64,000 nucleotides of DNA from an uncultured bacterium (GCA_964523645.1 CAZGAW010000001.1:3305-67304); one strand, 5' to 3'; counted from the first letter of the stretch, positions 26,932 through 36,884 are shown. The notes: generated by a model from the letters alone, not told the origin. Numbers and translations: made by a program.

Positions 26932-27346
26932 CAGAATGAATGCATCACAGCGAGAGAGAATCCGTCAGTTAGTTCCACCCCTGAGCTTACCGGTTAAACT
27001 CAAAAACTATGAGGAAACCTTCACTTTTTGCTTGGACACAGGGGTTATAGCCGTTGACGCGGAGAAGCATTCCTACGGTACAATCCGTTCTGAGTCGGCA
27101 CTCGGTCAGTTGCTACAACAAGAGGAAGCCGTTGAACCCGATCCAAGCGATGTTGGGATATTGGGGAAATATAGCACAAATCAGTTACGAACACCTTGCG
27201 ATTATCCTCTGGTACCGATGGATTTCATGCTTGTGAACTATAAATATCCCAAGCGCGACGGTTTTTTAGGGCATAATTTCTTTTCCAAGTATTCAGTCTT
27301 TATTGATTTCACTCAAGGCGAGATCCATCTTCACCGACATAGCTGA
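26918..27346 (+). CDS. Retropepsin-like (clan AA) aspartic peptidase-domain protein
   Basis: FCLDTGV (DTG active-site triad context) and a C-terminal FLGHNFFSKYSVFIDFTQGEIHLH (the ilG.dfL...iDf pattern of PF13650/PF13975-type proteins). Confidence 0.5.
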   Translation: MKQSDRMNASQRERIRQLVPPLSLPVKLKNYEETFTFCLDTGVIAVDAEKHSYGTIRSESALGQLLQQEEAVEPDPSDVGILGKYSTNQLRTPCDYPLVPMDFMLVNYKYPKRDGFLGHNFFSKYSVFIDFTQGEIHLHRHS

Positions 27347-27362
27347 TAGTAGAAAGAACAAG

Positions 27363-28676
27363 ATGGCTAATAGGATTAAACACGCTTCTTTGATAATAAT
27401 AGCATGCGTTTTGTTGGCGGTACCCATGTCCTTTGCAGAGACTCCAGAACCCTATAAACTGGACAATGGACTGACTGTTATCCTACGCCCCATACCTACA
27501 GTAAATAAGGTTGCTTTCGTGGTCTTGTTCAGCTTGGGCAGCGACCATGACCCAGTCGGTAAATCTGGGACGGCGCATCTACTCGAACACCTCTACGTCA
27601 CCGCTGCTGCAGGAGACACACCCGCAAGGGACGCCAAGCAGTTCATGGAACGCTACCCCGCAGGTTGGAATGCACAAACAGGTTTGGATTTCACTGTTAT
27701 CGGTGGCGTTGTTGAAGCTGAGCAATTTGGAGAGGAATTGAAGGATGTTGCTGCACGCATGAACGACCTGCGTATTACCGAAGCAGACATCGCGCGTGAA
27801 GTGCCGCGCGTTGTGTTAGAATTGGAAAGCATGTATGGTGGGTCTCCATGGTTAGCGGGGTTAAATCATACCCGCGCTCAGGTGTACCCTATGCCGCAAG
27901 GTGGACAACACGGTGGTGTTCCTGCACACGTCGAGACAATCACACTTGATGAATCACAGCAATTTTGGAGGGACTACTATAAACCGAACAACGCCATTCT
28001 TATTATCGCAGGCAAGTTCGACGTTACCGAAGCACGGAAGTCCATCGCTGAAAACTTCAATCAAATTCCGCCCGGCAAACGCCCACCAACAAAACCTCCT
28101 ACCCCCGAAGCAAAAACCGGCGGCGTTCACCGAGTCAATGTAAAACCTATGCTGAAAAATGCGACAGGTGTTGCTGCTATCGGATATGCCGCGCCCGCCA
28201 TAGAGAGCAAGGAATATGCCCCATTTCTCATAGTCGTCTCACGTCTGTTGTCAAGTGTAAAGTTCACATTTCAAGTAGGTAAAGTCCAACCTATCTACTA
28301 CGCGCCGTTGATGGATTCGACAACCATTGCCCTTCAGGCTGAACTCTCGGATCCAAACGACACTGAATCTGTATTGAACCAACTCGATCAACACTGGCAC
28401 ACTGCATTAACATCAAAACTTACACCGCAGGACAAACAGCAAACACGCAACACTATTACGGGATTGCTTGGCACAGTTGATAATCCAATCTTCTGGTCGG
28501 GTCAAGATTTGTACGGCTTCGCTTTTATCGTCGGTCAGCAGTATCAATTGCAGATAGATAGCAAAGCACTCAGCGATGCAGTTCAGCGCGTAACGGATGC
28601 GGACCTCCAACGCTTGGCGACAAGCATATTCGCTCCAGAAAAACGGGCAACGGTAATCATTGCATTAGAAAAGTAA
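27363..28676 (+). CDS. Peptidase M16 (pitrilysin/insulinase family), predicted active
   Basis: The signal peptide begins at MANRIKHASLIIIACVLLAVPMSFA. The inverted zinc motif HLLEH is present. Confidence 0.8.
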   Translation: MANRIKHASLIIIACVLLAVPMSFAETPEPYKLDNGLTVILRPIPTVNKVAFVVLFSLGSDHDPVGKSGTAHLLEHLYVTAAAGDTPARDAKQFMERYPAGWNAQTGLDFTVIGGVVEAEQFGEELKDVAARMNDLRITEADIAREVPRVVLELESMYGGSPWLAGLNHTRAQVYPMPQGGQHGGVPAHVETITLDESQQFWRDYYKPNNAILIIAGKFDVTEARKSIAENFNQIPPGKRPPTKPPTPEAKTGGVHRVNVKPMLKNATGVAAIGYAAPAIESKEYAPFLIVVSRLLSSVKFTFQVGKVQPIYYAPLMDSTTIALQAELSDPNDTESVLNQLDQHWHTALTSKLTPQDKQQTRNTITGLLGTVDNPIFWSGQDLYGFAFIVGQQYQLQIDSKALSDAVQRVTDADLQRLATSIFAPEKRATVIIALEK

Positions 28677-28725
28677 AGCCTCCATATTTTCCCTTCTACG
28701 CACCAAGTTTTAAGCCAAACTCAAC

Positions 28726-29025
28726 TTAGTCCTGATTGTGTTTTTCCAGTTCATCCAATTGCATCACAGCATTCTCTGCAAGAAAGATGTTCCCTGTAGA
28801 TTTAGCAATATCCAGTGCTTTGTAGAAATCTTTTCGGGCGCTCTCAAGATCACCCTTTAAACTTTTTGCAATTCCGCGATCGTGATAGGCTGCGGCAAAG
28901 TCGGATTGGCAACGGATAACCTCACTGAAATCAGCGATAGCGGCATCATAACGCCCCATTTCACCGTTTGCAATACCTCGATTGTAGTAAGCAATGATAA
29001 GATTCGGGTCAAGGCGGATAGCCAT
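28726..29025 (-). CDS. Small TPR-repeat protein
   Basis: AIRLDPNLIIAYYNRGIANGEMGRYDAAIADFSEVIRCQSDFAAAYHDRGIAK forms TPR units. The track ORF extends to 29292, but that part overlaps the isochorismatase-family gene, so the start is taken at Met90. Confidence 0.5.
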   Translation of the reverse strand: MAIRLDPNLIIAYYNRGIANGEMGRYDAAIADFSEVIRCQSDFAAAYHDRGIAKSLKGDLESARKDFYKALDIAKSTGNIFLAENAVMQLDELEKHNQD

Positions 29026-29065
29026 ATCATAGTCGGATATCTCTCCTTTTCCTTCCGTAGTAACG

Positions 29066-29839
29066 CTATGCTGGAAGTTTCTCAACCGCCTCAAAGAAAT
29101 CGGCGTTGGATGCGCTGAATCCGTACTGTTGTTCCACTTCCCGAATGGCGATCTCTGTCGTGAACAGGTTATCGTAGGTATCGGGAAACTCGACGCCAGT
29201 CGTTGCATCACGAAACAGGATAATATTATAGCCGTACCGTGCCATCGAACGGATACCGTAGTCCCTACCCAACACACACCAATTCGTCGCAAAACCCGCG
29301 AAGAGCAGATGTAAGATACCCCGTTCCTCCAAGAGTTCGTGTAACTGCTGTCCGGTTGCGATGACGAAATCTTCAGGTTTCACATCAATCGCAGGGGAGA
29401 CAGCAAGCTGCGAGGCGAGTTTGTTCCAATGGATGTCGATACTGGGGGGCTGACTTCGGGGACCACGATAAACAGCGTAGTCCCCCTGCCGACTTCGGAA
29501 ATCGGCAGGGGGCCACGCCGAAGGCGTAGAGGGTTCAGGTGGTTTGTGCCGCTTGAGTTGCGGATACGCCTCCGCTACCGACGGAGAAGGCGCATGAACA
29601 ATCGTCAAGCCCGCGCGCCGCGCGGCATCTATCACAGGGACAACACACTCCTTCGTTACCTGTGCGGCGCGTTCTATCCAACTTTCAATGAAATGCACGT
29701 TCCATAAATCGACGAGTACCAAAGCGGTCGCCTCAACGGGTAAGGGCATCTCAATTTCACGACGGATGAAAGCGGTTTCACGGCACGGCACATCTGCCGG
29801 TGTGCTATCCTGAAAGTAGCGGACACGTAAATTTAACAT
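29066..29839 (-). CDS. Isochorismatase-family cysteine hydrolase
   Basis: ALVLVDLWN..., GFATNWCV (catalytic Cys context) and the overall fold pattern. It lies 1 nt downstream of the M16 gene stop, which fits an operon. Confidence 0.75.
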   Translation of the reverse strand: MLNLRVRYFQDSTPADVPCRETAFIRREIEMPLPVEATALVLVDLWNVHFIESWIERAAQVTKECVVPVIDAARRAGLTIVHAPSPSVAEAYPQLKRHKPPEPSTPSAWPPADFRSRQGDYAVYRGPRSQPPSIDIHWNKLASQLAVSPAIDVKPEDFVIATGQQLHELLEERGILHLLFAGFATNWCVLGRDYGIRSMARYGYNIILFRDATTGVEFPDTYDNLFTTEIAIREVEQQYGFSASNADFFEAVEKLPA

Positions 29840-29840
29840 T

Positions 29841-31991
29841 TTACTGTGGCTCCTGAAACAGCGATGCGTCGAGTTCTGCGTTCAACATAACGCTGCTGAT
29901 CCGAGTTTCAGTGAAGAGTTCACCCTCTACATACTGCTGAATATGGTGCGGCATTTTGACACCATCTACATCGCGATAATCGTCCAAAAGTGTCTCTTTG
30001 TTGACGACAACGCCCTGCTCTGTCTCACGGAATCCCATTTTCACGATAAGGTGTGTCTCTGCACTGATGAACACTTTGAGGACTTCACCTGAAGGCTGTG
30101 GAACAAGCACAACTGCAGCAGGTTTTCCCATGACCTCTTCCGTGCCAGCGTATTGGAGTGAACTACCGTCCTGCATAATACCCGCCAGCAGCCAAATCGG
30201 TTCCCTGAACATACCATCTTTCAGAGAAGCCGTCATTTCAGGAGGTAAAGGTTGCGGTCCCATTGGTGTCAACGCGAACCCAGAAGTCCCATCAAAGGCG
30301 TAACTCATTTCGCCCTGAGGCATCTTGATATCCTGTCGGAGTTTGTCTGGATAAACCTGATATCCCTTTACATCAATGTTCATCTGCCCCATTGGTGAAT
30401 TGGCTGTAGCACGTCCTTCGACAACAATGTTTTGGACGGCTTTCAATTTCTCAAGTCCGCCATAAGCCTCGACTGCAGCAGCGATGACTTCTTTGGCTTT
30501 CGCCATATCGCCTTCACTCGCCTCAGGCATCGGTTCCGGTGGGGGCGGCGGTGCCGGTTGCTCTATCTCAATCTCGTTAACCTCGCCGAATTCGTCAAGC
30601 GGTCGGTCGAAATTGGCTTTGTTCCCGACGGTCACAATCGTGAGTCCGTCTGGATCGAGATACTTCTGTGCGACCATCTGCACATCCGCTGCCGTGACCT
30701 TGGCGATGTTATCCGTAAAGGTTTCAAGAAAATCTGGGGCATACCCGCGATAATCGAGCATCATCTGTTGGAAAGCAATCTGCGAACTGCTCTCAAACCC
30801 AAAGACAAACGAATTGATGAGCGAATCTTTGGTGCGCTGCAGCTCCGCTTCCGGGACAGGTGCGTCGCGCAGCCCTTTGACGACATCAATAATGATCGAA
30901 ATCGCCTCTGCCGTTTTCTCGGTACGGGTCTGTGAATATGCAAACCACTCCCCTGGATTCGTGTAGTAATTCGTCGGCATGATGCTCCCTACCATGTAGG
31001 CGAGACCGTGCTTCTCGCGTACCTCCCTCATAAGGCGAGACGTGAATCCCCCTTCACCGAGAATATCGTTCATGACGCGGAGCGCGAAATAGTCCGGGAA
31101 ATCGGGTGCGCGTTTGATGCCGAAATGTCCGATTAACATCACTGACTGCGGGAGATCTTTGAAGATATAATTAACGGACGGTTCCGCGCTTCCATCCACA
31201 GTTGGAACATCAGGAAACGCAATCTCTGTGGCTTCCCAACCTTCAAAAACTTTCTCCAATTGCGCGATTAAGGTTTCCGTTTCAAAATCGCCGGTAATCG
31301 CGAGCATCATGTTATTGGGATGGTAATATTTCGCATGGAACGCTTTGAGATCATCAACGGTAATGCTTTCTATGCCCTCCATGTCAGTATACCACCCGAA
31401 CGGATGATCGGTACCATAGAGCAGCGCAGAGAAATTGCGCCATGCGAGCTGGATAGGATTATCATTGCGGCGACGAATGCGCTCGATCGACTGTTGTTTA
31501 CGGAGTTCCAATTTGTCTTCGCGAAACGCAGGATTCCGTAGCACATCGGCAAAAATTTCTAAACCTTTTTCGATGTCTTCTGCGAGTGTTGAGAGGTTAA
31601 TTGTACCGTACTCGCGGGACATACCGACTTCAACGGAAGCCGCCATAGATTCCAATTCCTCGTTCAACGCGTCGGGTTCACGAGACATCGTACCGCCGGT
31701 CCGCATAACAGAGGAGAATATGGATGCCAAACCCACTTTATCCGCTGGATCGTAGATGTCACCGGTTTTGATTAAACCGTTGATGTTGAAAAGGGGTAAC
31801 TCGCGGTCCTCAATGAGGTAGAGCGTCATCCCGTTTGAGAGTTTTCGTTTCTCTGGAACAGGGGGTTTAAACTCAATCGGTTCATAGGTCAGTTCTTCGT
31901 GAGGTTTCGCGAATGTAGACGGGACGCTCCACATAGCGAGACAAGCGACCAGTGTCGCGATGATAAGTCCAGTAAAGGTTCGTTTCATCAT
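29841..31991 (-). CDS. Peptidase M16-family protein lacking HxxEH (non-catalytic partner) fused to a ~230-aa C-terminal LolA-like/lipoprotein-sorting-like domain
   Basis: A signal peptide, M16 N- and C-lobes without the zinc motif, a PPPPPEP linker, and then a beta-rich domain (VVEGRATANSPMGQMNIDVKGYQVYPDKLRQDIKMPQGEMSYAFDG). The start overlaps the upstream stop. Confidence 0.75.
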   Translation of the reverse strand: MMKRTFTGLIIATLVACLAMWSVPSTFAKPHEELTYEPIEFKPPVPEKRKLSNGMTLYLIEDRELPLFNINGLIKTGDIYDPADKVGLASIFSSVMRTGGTMSREPDALNEELESMAASVEVGMSREYGTINLSTLAEDIEKGLEIFADVLRNPAFREDKLELRKQQSIERIRRRNDNPIQLAWRNFSALLYGTDHPFGWYTDMEGIESITVDDLKAFHAKYYHPNNMMLAITGDFETETLIAQLEKVFEGWEATEIAFPDVPTVDGSAEPSVNYIFKDLPQSVMLIGHFGIKRAPDFPDYFALRVMNDILGEGGFTSRLMREVREKHGLAYMVGSIMPTNYYTNPGEWFAYSQTRTEKTAEAISIIIDVVKGLRDAPVPEAELQRTKDSLINSFVFGFESSSQIAFQQMMLDYRGYAPDFLETFTDNIAKVTAADVQMVAQKYLDPDGLTIVTVGNKANFDRPLDEFGEVNEIEIEQPAPPPPPEPMPEASEGDMAKAKEVIAAAVEAYGGLEKLKAVQNIVVEGRATANSPMGQMNIDVKGYQVYPDKLRQDIKMPQGEMSYAFDGTSGFALTPMGPQPLPPEMTASLKDGMFREPIWLLAGIMQDGSSLQYAGTEEVMGKPAAVVLVPQPSGEVLKVFISAETHLIVKMGFRETEQGVVVNKETLLDDYRDVDGVKMPHHIQQYVEGELFTETRISSVMLNAELDASLFQEPQ

Positions 31992-33508
31992 TATTCGCTG
32001 CCCTCCGTATCTTCATAGGCGGGTGCAGCTGCCTCTTTCTTAACAAGTGTACCGACGGTGCGGTTGCTTTTTGTGAAATAGGTTTTTGCGACTCTCATGA
32101 TGTCCTCTGGCGTAACCTTATAGATGTTCTCTCGCCAATCCAGGATATAACGCCAAGTACCAGCGATCCCTTCATAGAAAGCGAGCTGCTGTGCCATGCC
32201 TGCGTTTGAACTGAGGTTCCGGATGAAACTGGCATCCACCTGTTTGAGAATCCGTTTAAATTCTTTCTCCGCAACAGGTTCAGTCTTAAGCCTTTCGAGT
32301 TCGGCGTAAATCGCTTCTTCAACGTCGGCGGTTGTGTTCGGAGACCGCGGCGTGGCATTTATAACAAAAAGATTATCGTAGCGCGCCCCCGGATATCCGT
32401 TTATTGAGTTGACAGAGACAGCTATCGCTTTCTCTCTGATATTTTTGTAAAATCGAGAGGTACGCCCATCGGAAAGGATCGCACTGATAAAATCAAGTAC
32501 ATAATCGTCAAAATGTGGGATTGTCGGTTTATGGTAGCCAATCATGAGTTGCGGCTCGGCATCAAATTCGACTTCAACACGCCGCTCGCCTTCCTGTGGA
32601 AGTTCCTCAGTCGTGACTTCCGGTGGGAGCGGTTGCGATGGTATATCACCGAAGTGCTTCTCAATCAGCGCGATTGTGTTATCTATGTCAATATTCCCGA
32701 CAATGACCATGACGGAGTTATTTGGCGCATAATGGATGCGGAAAAATTCTTCTGCTTTGCGCCGATTTAGCATGGCAATATCCGAGGGCCAGCCGATAAT
32801 CGGTATCCCGTAAGGGTGTGCAGTAAAAGCAGCCGCCATAAACTGTTCATAGAGTTTACCACCTGGGCGGGTGTCCACACGCATTCGGCGTTCCTCTTTG
32901 ACAGCCTCGCGTTCGACATAAAATTCGCGTAGGACCGCGTTTTTCAGTCGATCCGACTCCAGTGTTGCCCACAACTCTAACTTGTTAGAAGGCAATTCAA
33001 CTATGTAAATTGTATAATCAACAGAGGTGCCAGCATTAAATCCCGTGCTACCGTGCTGTGTGTAAATTTCGGTATATTCGCCGGTGACGATCCACTCCTT
33101 GGCGAGTTCCTGTTGTGCTTTGAGAGCCTCTTCCAATTCGGCAATTTTAGCGGCATCTGCTCTTGGACCCTTTGCACGCTCCATGTCGAGCGCATCGCCG
33201 ATCCGATCAATTTCAGCAAGCACTACTTTTTCTTTTTCATAGTCTTTGGTGCCGATTGTTTTCGTGCCTTTGAACAACATGTGCTCAAGCATGTGTGCAA
33301 TACCGCGTGAATCATCTGATTCGTCTACGGAACCGGCTCTAAAGAGGATATACGGGGCGACTGTCGGAGAGGTGTCGCGTTTAATCATTAACAACTTCAG
33401 ACCGTTAGGGAAAATATGCTCCACCACCCGGTCCGAGAGATCCTGTGCTGATGCCATCCCGTGCAAAGCAACGAGAAAAAAAATCAGCAAATAACGTATC
33501 TGTTTCAT
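31991..33508 (-). CDS. Peptidase M16, predicted active subunit
   Basis: HMLEHMLFKGT zinc motif. The signal peptide begins at MKQIRYLLIFFLVALHGMASA (aa 17 of the track ORF). Confidence 0.85.
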   Translation of the reverse strand: MKQIRYLLIFFLVALHGMASAQDLSDRVVEHIFPNGLKLLMIKRDTSPTVAPYILFRAGSVDESDDSRGIAHMLEHMLFKGTKTIGTKDYEKEKVVLAEIDRIGDALDMERAKGPRADAAKIAELEEALKAQQELAKEWIVTGEYTEIYTQHGSTGFNAGTSVDYTIYIVELPSNKLELWATLESDRLKNAVLREFYVEREAVKEERRMRVDTRPGGKLYEQFMAAAFTAHPYGIPIIGWPSDIAMLNRRKAEEFFRIHYAPNNSVMVIVGNIDIDNTIALIEKHFGDIPSQPLPPEVTTEELPQEGERRVEVEFDAEPQLMIGYHKPTIPHFDDYVLDFISAILSDGRTSRFYKNIREKAIAVSVNSINGYPGARYDNLFVINATPRSPNTTADVEEAIYAELERLKTEPVAEKEFKRILKQVDASFIRNLSSNAGMAQQLAFYEGIAGTWRYILDWRENIYKVTPEDIMRVAKTYFTKSNRTVGTLVKKEAAAPAYEDTEGSE

Positions 33509-33576
33509 TCTGTTATTGCGGCACTTGTTCTCAACGGAGGATCCCGGGTTGAGCAATGCCGTTTCCTTTCTATTGA

Positions 33577-33720
33577 AGTTATCAGTCGTCAGTCGTCAGT
33601 CGTCAGCCATCAGTCAATAGGACTCCCTTACAATAGAGGTTTACTGAGAGTTCTTCAAGGTAGACTGCTTGTTACAAGCCACCCCTTTAACAGATAACTG
33701 ATGACTGACGGTTGACAGCC
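33577..33720. repeat. Heptamer tandem repeat (TCAGTCG-like x5) paired with an inverted partner ~75 nt downstream
   Basis: gttatcagt cgtcagt cgtcagt cgtcagc catcagt caat (33577-33618). The reverse complement of 33691-33720 reads ccgtcagtcatcagttatctg. It sits between the zinc-ribbon gene stop and the M16 operon start. Confidence 0.5.
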
Positions 33721-33722
33721 AT

Positions 33723-33980
33723 TTATTCTTTCTCAACATCACCGAGTAATCCAACAAGGGCAAATCTGATATGAGACGAAAGAGCGGAATTCTCTGCTCG
33801 GAGGTCTGCACCTTCTTCGTCTGGGTACATGACATGTGCCGCGACAGCGCGCTTGACCCAACGTTCTGCCCTGTCATCGTAAGGAATATATTTTTCCTTC
33901 GGTGCCGTGCATGCCGGGCACTCTTCGGGTGGACTATCCGCTTCCTTCCACAAATAGCCACAAGCTACACAAACAAACAT
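33723..33980 (-). CDS. Hypothetical protein with an N-terminal rubredoxin-like zinc ribbon
   Basis: MFVCVACGYLW...ECPACTAPKEKY has a CxxC...CxxC arrangement, as in rubrerythrin C-terminal ribbons. The remaining 50 aa are unassigned. Confidence 0.5.
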   Translation of the reverse strand: MFVCVACGYLWKEADSPPEECPACTAPKEKYIPYDDRAERWVKRAVAAHVMYPDEEGADLRAENSALSSHIRFALVGLLGDVEKE

Positions 33981-34205
33981 TGCAAAGTCCTTTCTCTGTT
34001 CCGCAAGAAGATTAACATTTAATCCTTGGGAAATCGAAGTTACAGATTTTGAAATTTACGATTAACTACTATATTTTAGCAGATTATATTTTGAGATACA
34101 AGAATTAAATGCGAGATTTTATGCGAAGATGCGTTGGATAAATTGAAGTCTAAGATCCATTATACTTCATTTATCGAACTCAGCTTATTCTAAGGACTCG
34201 ATATG

Positions 34206-36266
34206 CTATCCAGCGGACTGTTCCGTTGACTGTGTTTTCAATTCAGTAATTTGGTCACGTAAAGCAGCGGCTTCCTCATAATCAAGGTCCAATGCAGCTT
34301 TTCGCATCCGTCGCGTTAAGTCTGTAATTACGGCTTCAATATCTTGCGGTTCAATAGCCTCCGGAACGATAGTCGGTTTGTCAGGTTTATCGGTCTTATA
34401 GTCTTCACTCGATTCCGCAATAAGTTCCTGAATTGCCTTTTCAATCGTCGCAGGCGTGATATTGTTATCGGTGTTATACTGAAGTTGAATCTCGCGTCGG
34501 CGGTGCGTTTCCTTGATCGCTTCTCCCATCGCTTCTGTAACGTCATCTCCGTACAAAAGCACCTCACCATCAACATTTCGTGCAGCACGTCCAGCAGTTT
34601 GAACGAGTGACCTAACAGAACGGAGAAAACCAGGTCGGTCCGCATCTAAAATTGCAACGAGAGAGACTTCAGGGAGGTCAAGCCCTTCACGAAGTAGGTT
34701 GATACCGACAAGCACATCAAAAACACCTTCGCGGAGCTCGCGTAAAATACGGGCGCGGTCAAACACATCAATCTCAGAATGCATATAATCGGCACGGATA
34801 CCCGCTTCAGTCAAATACTCGGTTAAGTCTTCAGCCATCCGTTTGGTAAGCGTCGTGACAAGGACACGCTGTTTGTGCCTGACGCGTTCTTGGATTTTAC
34901 CGATGAGATGGTCTATCTGCCCTCTCACAGGATGTATCGTAATTTCAGGGTCGATGAGTCCAGTAGGACGGATAATCTGTTCGACAATTTGTGCGCTGTT
35001 TTCCATTTCATAGGGACCCGGTGTTGCGGAGACAAAGACAACTTGATTGACACGCCCTTCAACCTCGTCGAAACGGAGCGGACGATTGTCTAATGCGGAG
35101 GGCAGACGGAAGCCGTACTTGACAAGCGTCTCCTTTCGCGAACGGTCCCCTCGGTACATACCTCGCAGCTGCGGAATCGTTACGTGGGACTCATCAATGA
35201 ACAGGAGAAAATCATCGGGAAAGTAGTGCATCAAACAGTATGGCGGATCTCCGGGTTGCAATCCTGAGAGATGCCGTGAGTAGTTCTCAATACCGGAGCA
35301 GTAGCCTACCTCTCGCAGCATCTCCAAATCGAAACGGGTTCGCTGCTCAATCCGTTGCGCTTCCAATAATTTATTCTCTTTTTCAAAAGCCAGAATTTGG
35401 TCTTGAAGCTCAAGTTCAATATTAATCAATGCCTGATCAAAGATTTCACCGTCGGTCATGAAATGCTTAGCAGGATAAATCTCGAGAAAATCTCGTTGTG
35501 CCAATACTTCCCCGGTTGTGGTATCAATTTCGCTAATCCGATCAATCTCATCGCCGAAAAGCTCAATACGATAAGCATTCTCACTATAAGCAGGAAACAC
35601 TTCAACGACATCACCGCGAGCGCGGAACACGCCTTGCCAGAACTCAACATCGTTGCGGACATACTGAATATCGACCAACGCGCGTAGGAGTGCATCGCGC
35701 CGAACGACATCCCCGACGGCTATCTGAACTCTCTGATTTTCAAATTCATCGGGCGATCCGAGACCGTACAGGCAGGAAACACTCGCAACAACGATAACGT
35801 CACGACGCGATATTAAGGATGCTGTTGAGGCGAGCCGCATCCGTGTAATCTCTTCGTTAATACGGACATCCTTTTCAATAAAGGTATCCGTCGATGGAAT
35901 GTATGCCTCCGGCTGATAGTACTCATAATCGCTGACGAAATAGTGGACGGCGTTATTGGGGAAAAAAGTTCGGAATTCGTTGTAAAGTTGGGCAGCGAGT
36001 GTTTTATTTGGTGAGATGACGAGTGTCGGTAACTGGACGTTTTGAATCAGGTTCGCCATTGTGTAGGTTTTTCCGGAACCCGTCACACCGAGGAGCGTCT
36101 GTGCTTTGTCTCCACGTTGGAGACCCTCTGTGAGTTCATCAATGGCTTGCGGTTGGTCTCCTTGCGGTGTAAAGTCTGAGATTAGTTCAAATTGTAAGTC
36201 TTCCAGTTCGGAGTCGTCATCTTCTGGCTCATCAATCTTTGTCAGCAATTCCCAATTCTCTCTCAT
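34206..36266 (-). CDS. uvrB: Excinuclease ABC subunit B
   Basis: GVTGSGKT Walker A, helicase motifs, the beta-hairpin region, and the C-terminal UVR domain (AALDLDYEEAAALRDQI). 686 aa. Confidence 0.95.
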   Translation of the reverse strand: MRENWELLTKIDEPEDDDSELEDLQFELISDFTPQGDQPQAIDELTEGLQRGDKAQTLLGVTGSGKTYTMANLIQNVQLPTLVISPNKTLAAQLYNEFRTFFPNNAVHYFVSDYEYYQPEAYIPSTDTFIEKDVRINEEITRMRLASTASLISRRDVIVVASVSCLYGLGSPDEFENQRVQIAVGDVVRRDALLRALVDIQYVRNDVEFWQGVFRARGDVVEVFPAYSENAYRIELFGDEIDRISEIDTTTGEVLAQRDFLEIYPAKHFMTDGEIFDQALINIELELQDQILAFEKENKLLEAQRIEQRTRFDLEMLREVGYCSGIENYSRHLSGLQPGDPPYCLMHYFPDDFLLFIDESHVTIPQLRGMYRGDRSRKETLVKYGFRLPSALDNRPLRFDEVEGRVNQVVFVSATPGPYEMENSAQIVEQIIRPTGLIDPEITIHPVRGQIDHLIGKIQERVRHKQRVLVTTLTKRMAEDLTEYLTEAGIRADYMHSEIDVFDRARILRELREGVFDVLVGINLLREGLDLPEVSLVAILDADRPGFLRSVRSLVQTAGRAARNVDGEVLLYGDDVTEAMGEAIKETHRRREIQLQYNTDNNITPATIEKAIQELIAESSEDYKTDKPDKPTIVPEAIEPQDIEAVITDLTRRMRKAALDLDYEEAAALRDQITELKTQSTEQSAG

Positions 36267-36884
36267 CTTGGCGGCTGGCTCCTTGTCAAGTTTTCAATTG
36301 CCCCTGCAATATGGGGTTGCAGGCAGTGCTTTACATCAAGGCTACAAGAAATTTGTATGGTATGTGGTAGGTTTTATATAGTACTGGTATTTCTCAAAAG
36401 TACTCGGAAGCCACTATTTATCAATGGTTTCTCAGTACGAGGTTTTGAAAATGCTAAAAAATGCTAATTGATAGACCCCCATTTTGTGAAAAAAACACCT
36501 TGTTTTCAATACAAAATAGAATGAAATCGTCCATTAAATGGGTTTTTCGTAGGTATTTCGTGTTGATGTTATTAGGTTTAGCGGAATTAGAAAACTTTTA
36601 CTCATGCAAAATATGTGTGCGTTTGTTTTCACGAAGTCAATGGTCATAGGGGTAAAAAGTTTCATTTGCACTTATTTTTTACATGAACCGAACAATTGTG
36701 AGAAATCCCAGCATCGTATTTATGCATTTTAGGTACCTCTTGGCTCTTTGCAGGCTGCATTGTCTGCGCAATCCGCAGTTCAAAAATTGATTCCGCCACT
36801 TTTCCCACAATAAGGACATCTACTGATATTGAATCATATCATAGATGCGTCCATTTGTCAATTTCGATTTTGTGGAGCAGTCAG

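Noticed and set aside
29026-29292. Long (188-aa) version of the small TPR ORF
   Set aside because: The N-terminal 89 codons overlap the isochorismatase-family gene in another frame and have no TPR character. The gene was trimmed to Met90.
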